Source: a bacterium
Lineage (GTDB): Bacteria > Patescibacteriota > Patescibacteriia > SG8-24
Direction: 5' to 3'
DNA: 46,874 nucleotides
NCBI GenBank assembly: GCA_023246195.1
Contig: JAHFIW010000005.1
Location: 1-46,874, forward strand
The first letter of the stretch is position 1, and each line of letters begins with the position of its first letter. A model generated the notes under the pieces. That model searched no databases. It was given only the letters and a program-made list of their open reading frames with translations, and was not told the origin of the DNA. This document shows positions 40,497 to 46,874 of the stretch, in pieces. A program made the translations under genes and the position numbers.

Positions 40497-41243
40497 ATGC
40501 TTTACTTGTGGAATCTCATTTTCGCGCAGCCCATCTTCAACCTGCTGATTTTCCTGTATAACGTCGTTCCCGGCCATGACATCGGTCTGGCCATCATCCT
40601 GCTTACCGTGCTTATCAAGGCCGTGCTTTGGCCGCTCTCCGGCCAGGCATTGCGCTCGCAGAAGGCCTTGGCCGAACTGCAGCCCAAGATGGACGCGCTC
40701 AAGAAGGAATACGGCGACAAACAGGAAGAGCTTGCCAAGGCAATGATGGCACTCTACTCCAAGGAGAAGGTCTCGCCGTTTTCGTCATGCCTGCCGCTGC
40801 TCATCCAGTTGCCGGTGTTTATAGCGCTCTACCATGCGCTGGGGCAAGGACTGAAGTCTTCCGGATACGAAGCGCTCTATCCGTTCGTGAAGAACCCGGG
40901 CACCATCACGCCCATGCTGTTTGGCATGATCGACATCGCCAAGCGTTCCATTCCGCTGGCCATCGCCGCTGCGGCCGCGCAGTATCTGCAGGCAAAGATG
41001 ATGATTACTCGCCAGCAGCCGAAGAAGACTCCCGGCGCCAAGGATGAGGAAATGCTGGCCGTGATGAACAAGCAGATGCTTTACATGATGCCCGCCATGA
41101 CCCTGTTCATCGGTTGGAAGCTTCCGGGCGGATTGGCCTTGTACTGGCTGATGCAGAACGTGCTTACCGTCGGGCAGCAGTGGTGGTATTTTCATCGCGG
41201 CGTAAAGAAAGCCGACATGACGGTGACTGCCGTGATCAAGTAA
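40497..41243 (+). CDS. yidC: YidC/Oxa1 membrane protein insertase
   Basis: GLAIILLTVLIK, LQPKM, SCLPLLIQLPVFIALY, PGGLALYW..QN.LT.GQQ. Confidence 0.93.
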   Translation: MLYLWNLIFAQPIFNLLIFLYNVVPGHDIGLAIILLTVLIKAVLWPLSGQALRSQKALAELQPKMDALKKEYGDKQEELAKAMMALYSKEKVSPFSSCLPLLIQLPVFIALYHALGQGLKSSGYEALYPFVKNPGTITPMLFGMIDIAKRSIPLAIAAAAAQYLQAKMMITRQQPKKTPGAKDEEMLAVMNKQMLYMMPAMTLFIGWKLPGGLALYWLMQNVLTVGQQWWYFHRGVKKADMTVTAVIK

Positions 41244-41246
41244 CGT

Positions 41247-41555
41247 ATGCAGTATCGCGACGTCGAACTCCGCGGCATCCCCGTGATCACCCGTAGCGGG
41301 CAAAAAATCGGAAAACTGGCGGCTTTCGTCATCGATGCCGAACGTCATGAAGTGGCGCAGTATGTCGTTTCGCGATCCAGCCTGCTCGCGAGGATTTTGC
41401 CGGACGAAATGCTGGTGCATCGCGCACAGGTCATTTCTCTCGATTCCGAAATGATGGTGGTGGACGACGGCGTAGTGGCCGAACGTTCCGCGGAACGTAA
41501 GATCCAGCAGCCTGTCGAGGCGGCCGCTGGCGGAGCTTCAAGCGCGGAAGGCTGA
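41247..41555 (+). CDS. PRC-barrel domain protein
   Basis: LRGIPVITRSGQKIGKL..FVID. Confidence 0.75.
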   Translation: MQYRDVELRGIPVITRSGQKIGKLAAFVIDAERHEVAQYVVSRSSLLARILPDEMLVHRAQVISLDSEMMVVDDGVVAERSAERKIQQPVEAAAGGASSAEG

Positions 41556-41642
41556 TTGCGCTGCCTGAAAACGTTGAACATGCTACGATGGCGAGTGGAT
41601 GTCCACTCGCCATTTTGGTATCTCCTTGATTTGGCTTAGGCT

Positions 41643-42641
41643 ATGGCCGACCCGCAACTGCGCAATTCGCTTCTGGCCACGCTCGCATTTTTCGATTTGT
41701 TCGACTATCCGCTGACCTTCGCGGAGCTGCTTCGGCATCGCTATCGGCTGGAGGGGGAGCGTGCCAACGAGGCATGGAACGCTTCGGACGTGCTCGATGC
41801 GCTCAAGGACGAAGCCTTCGGTCAGAAGGACGGTTTTTGGTTTCTTGCCGGACGCGAGGCCGTTGCCGGTACTCGCCAGCGCCGCTTCCGGCTCTCGGCC
41901 AAGAAGCAATCGCGCGCCCGCCGCGTAGCCGCCTTCCTGCGTCACCTGCCTTCCGTGCGCATGGTGGCAGTCTGTAACAGCTTGGCCATCGCCAACGCCG
42001 ATCATGAAAGCGACATCGACCTGTTCGTGGTCTGCGCTGTCGGTACCCTCTGGAGCACGCGGCTTCTCGTCGTCGGCGCGCTTGCGGTCCTTGGCTTGCG
42101 TCCCACCGAGCGCACTCATGCCGACAAGGTCTGCATGAGCTTCTTCGTTTCCGAAAAATCCCTGGACCTTTCGTCGTACGCGCTCCAGCCGAACGATACT
42201 TACCTGCGCTATTGGATTGCCACGCTCGTGCCCATGTACGACGCCAACTCCACTTACGCCCGCTTCATGAACGCCAATGCCTGGACGCACGACATCCTTC
42301 CTGGCACCCGCCCCGATTCCGCTTCCGTCACGACCGAAGTTCCGCGATGGACGGCACCGCTCTTTCCCGTGTTGCGAGCCATTGATGCCCCCTCGCGCAG
42401 GCTGCAGATGAAAAAATTTCCGAGCCAGATAGTCTCAATGGCCAATATCGACAGTCGCGTCGTGATTTCCGATGACGTGCTCAAGTTTCACGTGGGTGAC
42501 AGGCGCGCCGAGTTCGAGCGACGCTTCCGGGAAAAGCTGGTCGAATTGGGAATCAGCGGCCATGCAAATTCCGCGCATGAGCTCGTGGAAAATATGAAAG
42601 AAAAAAAAGTCGAATCATTCGCCGCCGCCCTCGCCGCGTGA
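41643..42641 (+). CDS. Conserved hypothetical protein with nucleotidyltransferase-like motif
   Basis: TLAFFDLFDYPLT, P.VRMVAVCNSLA...ESDIDLFVV, LKFH..DRR. Confidence 0.75.
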   Translation: MADPQLRNSLLATLAFFDLFDYPLTFAELLRHRYRLEGERANEAWNASDVLDALKDEAFGQKDGFWFLAGREAVAGTRQRRFRLSAKKQSRARRVAAFLRHLPSVRMVAVCNSLAIANADHESDIDLFVVCAVGTLWSTRLLVVGALAVLGLRPTERTHADKVCMSFFVSEKSLDLSSYALQPNDTYLRYWIATLVPMYDANSTYARFMNANAWTHDILPGTRPDSASVTTEVPRWTAPLFPVLRAIDAPSRRLQMKKFPSQIVSMANIDSRVVISDDVLKFHVGDRRAEFERRFREKLVELGISGHANSAHELVENMKEKKVESFAAALAA

Positions 42642-42686
42642 AAGCCGTCTTCGTCGCAGGCCTCTTAACCTTCAATCTCCGATCCG

Positions 42687-44075
42687 ATGCCCACTCGTTT
42701 CAAAAATTGGCTCAAGACTTTCACTCTGCGCGAAGTCACCTCGCTGCTCTTCACCGCGCTGGCGATGTTCGCGCCCAGCGGCACTCGTTACATCCTGTAC
42801 ACGGGTCATATTCTCGGGCATCCGGTGGAACCGGGCACGGTCAGCGTCTTCGGCATGCAGATCGTGGCCGTCATCTTCGCGGTGCTGGCGCTCTGGCCGC
42901 ATGGCTGGAAGGGCGTTTCTGACGTTGCCCGCACGCCCATCGGACTGTTTGCCGGCTGTCTGGCCTTGGTGGCGCTGATGTCCTCGTTCCAGGCGGAGGA
43001 CCCGTTGGCTGGCCTCACTTCGGCCTCGTTCATCATCACCGGCGTGGCGGTCTTCTATGCCATCATCATATTTCGCCCCGACGCTCGCGAAGTGCTGACC
43101 TCGTTCGTCGGCGGCGCCATCTTTCAGACCATCATCGGCGGTTACCAGTTCCTGTCCCAGTCGGCCTTTGCTTCCAAGTGGTTGGGCATGGCCACGCATT
43201 CCGCCGATCAGCTCGGCGCTTTCGTGGTCGAGACCGACAACGGACGCTGGCTTCGCGCCTACGGTTCGTTGTCGCATCCCAACGTCTTCGGCTTGTACGT
43301 GGGCATCGGCCTGCTCATGGCCGTCGGTTTGGCCGCGTATCGGGGGCACGGCAAGCACATGCACTACTACGCCTTCATGCCGTTCATCGCCACCGGCCTG
43401 CTCTTCTCCTTTTCGCGAAGCTCGATTCTGGCATTTGCGGCGGGCTTCATCTGGCTGGTCGTCAGCGCCTATGGCAGCAATGCCGCGCCTGACTATCGTC
43501 GCATCATCGTGCCTTCGTTCATCATCATCGTCGTGACAGTGGGAGTCATCGGCTACTTTTATTCCGAACCGCTGCGCACGCGTTCCGAAGCCGAAGGCCG
43601 TCTCGAAGTCCAATCCATCACCGATCGCGTAAACCAGGTGGACGACGCGCTGTCGCTCATCTCCAGGCACATGCTTACCGGCGTGGGCATCGGACAGATG
43701 CCGTTGGCGCTGGCAAAGGAGTCGGCTACCGAACGCAACTGGTTCCAGTATGATTACGTCCACAACGTGCCGCTGCTGGTTGCCGTGGAAACCGGGCTCA
43801 TCGGGCTCGGAGTCTGGCTGATCTTCGTGATCCTCACTTTCATGACCATCTTCGACCGCCTCAAGCGGAATCTGCTGGTCGGTTACGGCGTGACCGTCTA
43901 TGCCGCCGCGTTCATCTCCATGATTGTCGCCTCGATGTTCGACCATTTCCTGTGGAGTTCCTGGTTTGGCCAACTGCTGTTCTGGATGGTGGCGGGGTTG
44001 TTGCATTCGACATACCTGGAGATTAGGAAGGTGCCGGAAAAAGTGATGCCGAAGCCAGTCGAAGTAAAAGCTTGA
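42687..44075 (+). CDS. O-antigen ligase (Wzy_C) family membrane protein
   Basis: RAYGSLSHPNVFG, SFSRS, GVGIGQ, VHNVPLLVAVETGLIG, FDHFLW. Confidence 0.88.
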   Translation: MPTRFKNWLKTFTLREVTSLLFTALAMFAPSGTRYILYTGHILGHPVEPGTVSVFGMQIVAVIFAVLALWPHGWKGVSDVARTPIGLFAGCLALVALMSSFQAEDPLAGLTSASFIITGVAVFYAIIIFRPDAREVLTSFVGGAIFQTIIGGYQFLSQSAFASKWLGMATHSADQLGAFVVETDNGRWLRAYGSLSHPNVFGLYVGIGLLMAVGLAAYRGHGKHMHYYAFMPFIATGLLFSFSRSSILAFAAGFIWLVVSAYGSNAAPDYRRIIVPSFIIIVVTVGVIGYFYSEPLRTRSEAEGRLEVQSITDRVNQVDDALSLISRHMLTGVGIGQMPLALAKESATERNWFQYDYVHNVPLLVAVETGLIGLGVWLIFVILTFMTIFDRLKRNLLVGYGVTVYAAAFISMIVASMFDHFLWSSWFGQLLFWMVAGLLHSTYLEIRKVPEKVMPKPVEVKA

Positions 44076-44089
44076 ATCACCCGACGCTC

Positions 44090-44118
44090 TTGACTAAACG
44101 TCATGGGCGTTTTTTAAT
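44090..44118 (+). promoter_or_regulatory. groESL promoter
   Basis: TTGACT-17-TTTAAT. Confidence 0.65.
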
Positions 44119-44132
44119 ATCGACAGTTGAGG

Positions 44133-44159
44133 CTGGCACTCTGGTGATTTGAGTGCTAA
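44133..44159 (+). promoter_or_regulatory. CIRCE element (HrcA operator)
   Basis: CTGGCACTC-N9-GAGTGCTAA versus consensus TTAGCACTC-N9-GAGTGCTAA, upstream of groES. Confidence 0.92.
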
Positions 44160-44199
44160 GCTCTTTGGCGATAACGCTTATAACCTGATTTTCACGCCT

Positions 44200-46130
<1,931 letters not shown>

Positions 46131-46142
46131 TGAAGGAAGGAT

Positions 46143-46166
46143 GGGCCCGCTCACGCGGGCCTTTTT
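46143..46166 (+). terminator. groEL terminator
   Basis: GGGCCCGC-tcac-GCGGGCCT-TTTT. Confidence 0.85.
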
Positions 46167-46168
46167 CC

Positions 46169-46222
46169 TTGACAAAAAGGTCGTTTTGGCGTGTACTAGC
46201 AGCTGTCTTTGGCAAGGAGAAA
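46169..46222 (+). promoter_or_regulatory. Promoter + boxA-like motif + SD
   Basis: TTGACA-17-TGTACT-agcagct-GTCTTTGGCAAGGAG-aaa-ATG. Confidence 0.6.
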
Positions 46223-46420
46223 ATGATGAAAGTTGCGCCGTTACTCGCTCTTTACTCAAAGTTTTTCCGGCTGATTTTTCCGGCGATTGCCGTCATTGCG
46301 GCGATTTTCTGGCTTCTCTTCGGCACTAGGGTCGCGAGCGTCGTCGCTTTCGTGCTGGTCTTCGCGGACTTGGCTGCGCTTGCCGCGTTCGTGTTCTACT
46401 CAGCGAAGAAAAAGGTGTAG
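46223..46420 (+). CDS. Small 2-TM membrane protein (65 aa)
   Basis: MMKVAPLLALYSKFFRLIFPAIAVIAAIFWLLFG...; SD AAGGAG. Confidence 0.65.
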   Translation: MMKVAPLLALYSKFFRLIFPAIAVIAAIFWLLFGTRVASVVAFVLVFADLAALAAFVFYSAKKKV

Positions 46421-46422
46421 TC

Positions 46423-46776
46423 ATGGCAAAGAAAGAAGTAGAACTCGATTTCGACGCCTTCGTCGCGTCGATCGAGAACTGGGATGGCGTGAATCCTCCG
46501 TTCGACGAGGTCATGCGTTCGGCGCTGCTGCAGGCGGTATTCGTCCGCAGCGGTGACAACTTCGCCCGGTTGCTCGCCAGCAAGGTCGAGATGGTGCCCT
46601 TGTCGAGCATGGGGCGTTACGCCGCAGGCATTTCCCGTCCGTTGCCCGGCTTGATGAAGGTGCTCGTGCGGGAGGCTCGCGTGATGCTGATTGCCATGCG
46701 TGAGCAGTCCGCCAAGGAGAACGCCGAGCTGGTGCTGTTCATGCGCAGTGTAGGCAACTGCGACGAAGACGACTGA
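46423..46776 (+). CDS. Hypothetical protein (117 aa)
   Basis: Starts 2 nt after upstream stop, SD-like AAGGTG, followed by terminator. Confidence 0.65.
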   Translation: MAKKEVELDFDAFVASIENWDGVNPPFDEVMRSALLQAVFVRSGDNFARLLASKVEMVPLSSMGRYAAGISRPLPGLMKVLVREARVMLIAMREQSAKENAELVLFMRSVGNCDEDD

Positions 46777-46788
46777 ATGCGGCTTTAC

Positions 46789-46813
46789 AAGAGACCCTCT
46801 CGGGTCTTTTTTT
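46789..46813 (+). terminator. Intrinsic terminator
   Basis: AAGAGACCC-tctc-GGGTCTTTTTTT. Confidence 0.85.
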
Positions 46814-46838
46814 GTGCCTCGCCATCATTGCGGGCCGC

Positions 46839-46867
46839 TTGAAAATCAGTGCGAAAAACGGTATACT
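46839..46867 (+). promoter_or_regulatory. Promoter for next gene outside window
   Basis: TTGAAA-17-TATACT. Confidence 0.6.
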
Positions 46868-46874
46868 GTACGCA

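Overview
About 60% GC bacterial chromosomal segment with no CRISPR array, integrase or transposase. Gene content suggests a Patescibacteria/CPR (ABY1, Uhrbacteria-like) genome; this is an inference from the VirB2-like pilin with Cys-rich tail, orphan anchored solute-binding protein, degenerate DHH and DAGK proteins, archaeal-type cmk and SD-less housekeeping starts. Housekeeping genes: rnj, secG, uvrA, rplS, cmk, rluD-like, valS, tyrS, argS, nusA, yidC, and groES-groEL with a CIRCE. There are five tRNAs: Leu-CAG, Ile-UAU, Val-GAC, Leu-GAG and Val-UAC. Cell-surface proteins include an NHL-repeat giant, a Cys-rich pilin beside a CxxS DsbA, and an FG-GAP/L,D-transpeptidase. The most striking unexplained pattern is two gene classes. 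About 11 solo accessory genes inserted between core genes each have their own sigma70 promoter and a Shine-Dalgarno; most also have a boxA-like G(C/T)TCTTT(G/C)AAA motif in the short leader and their own terminator. Core genes lack an SD and mostly start in a (C)T-ATG context. Other notable items are a rare tRNA-Ile(UAU), an unannotated 46-aa membrane protein, a pair of paralogous orphan genes, a heptamer-repeat hairpin, a structured rnj leader and a cluster of nucleoside-salvage enzymes.
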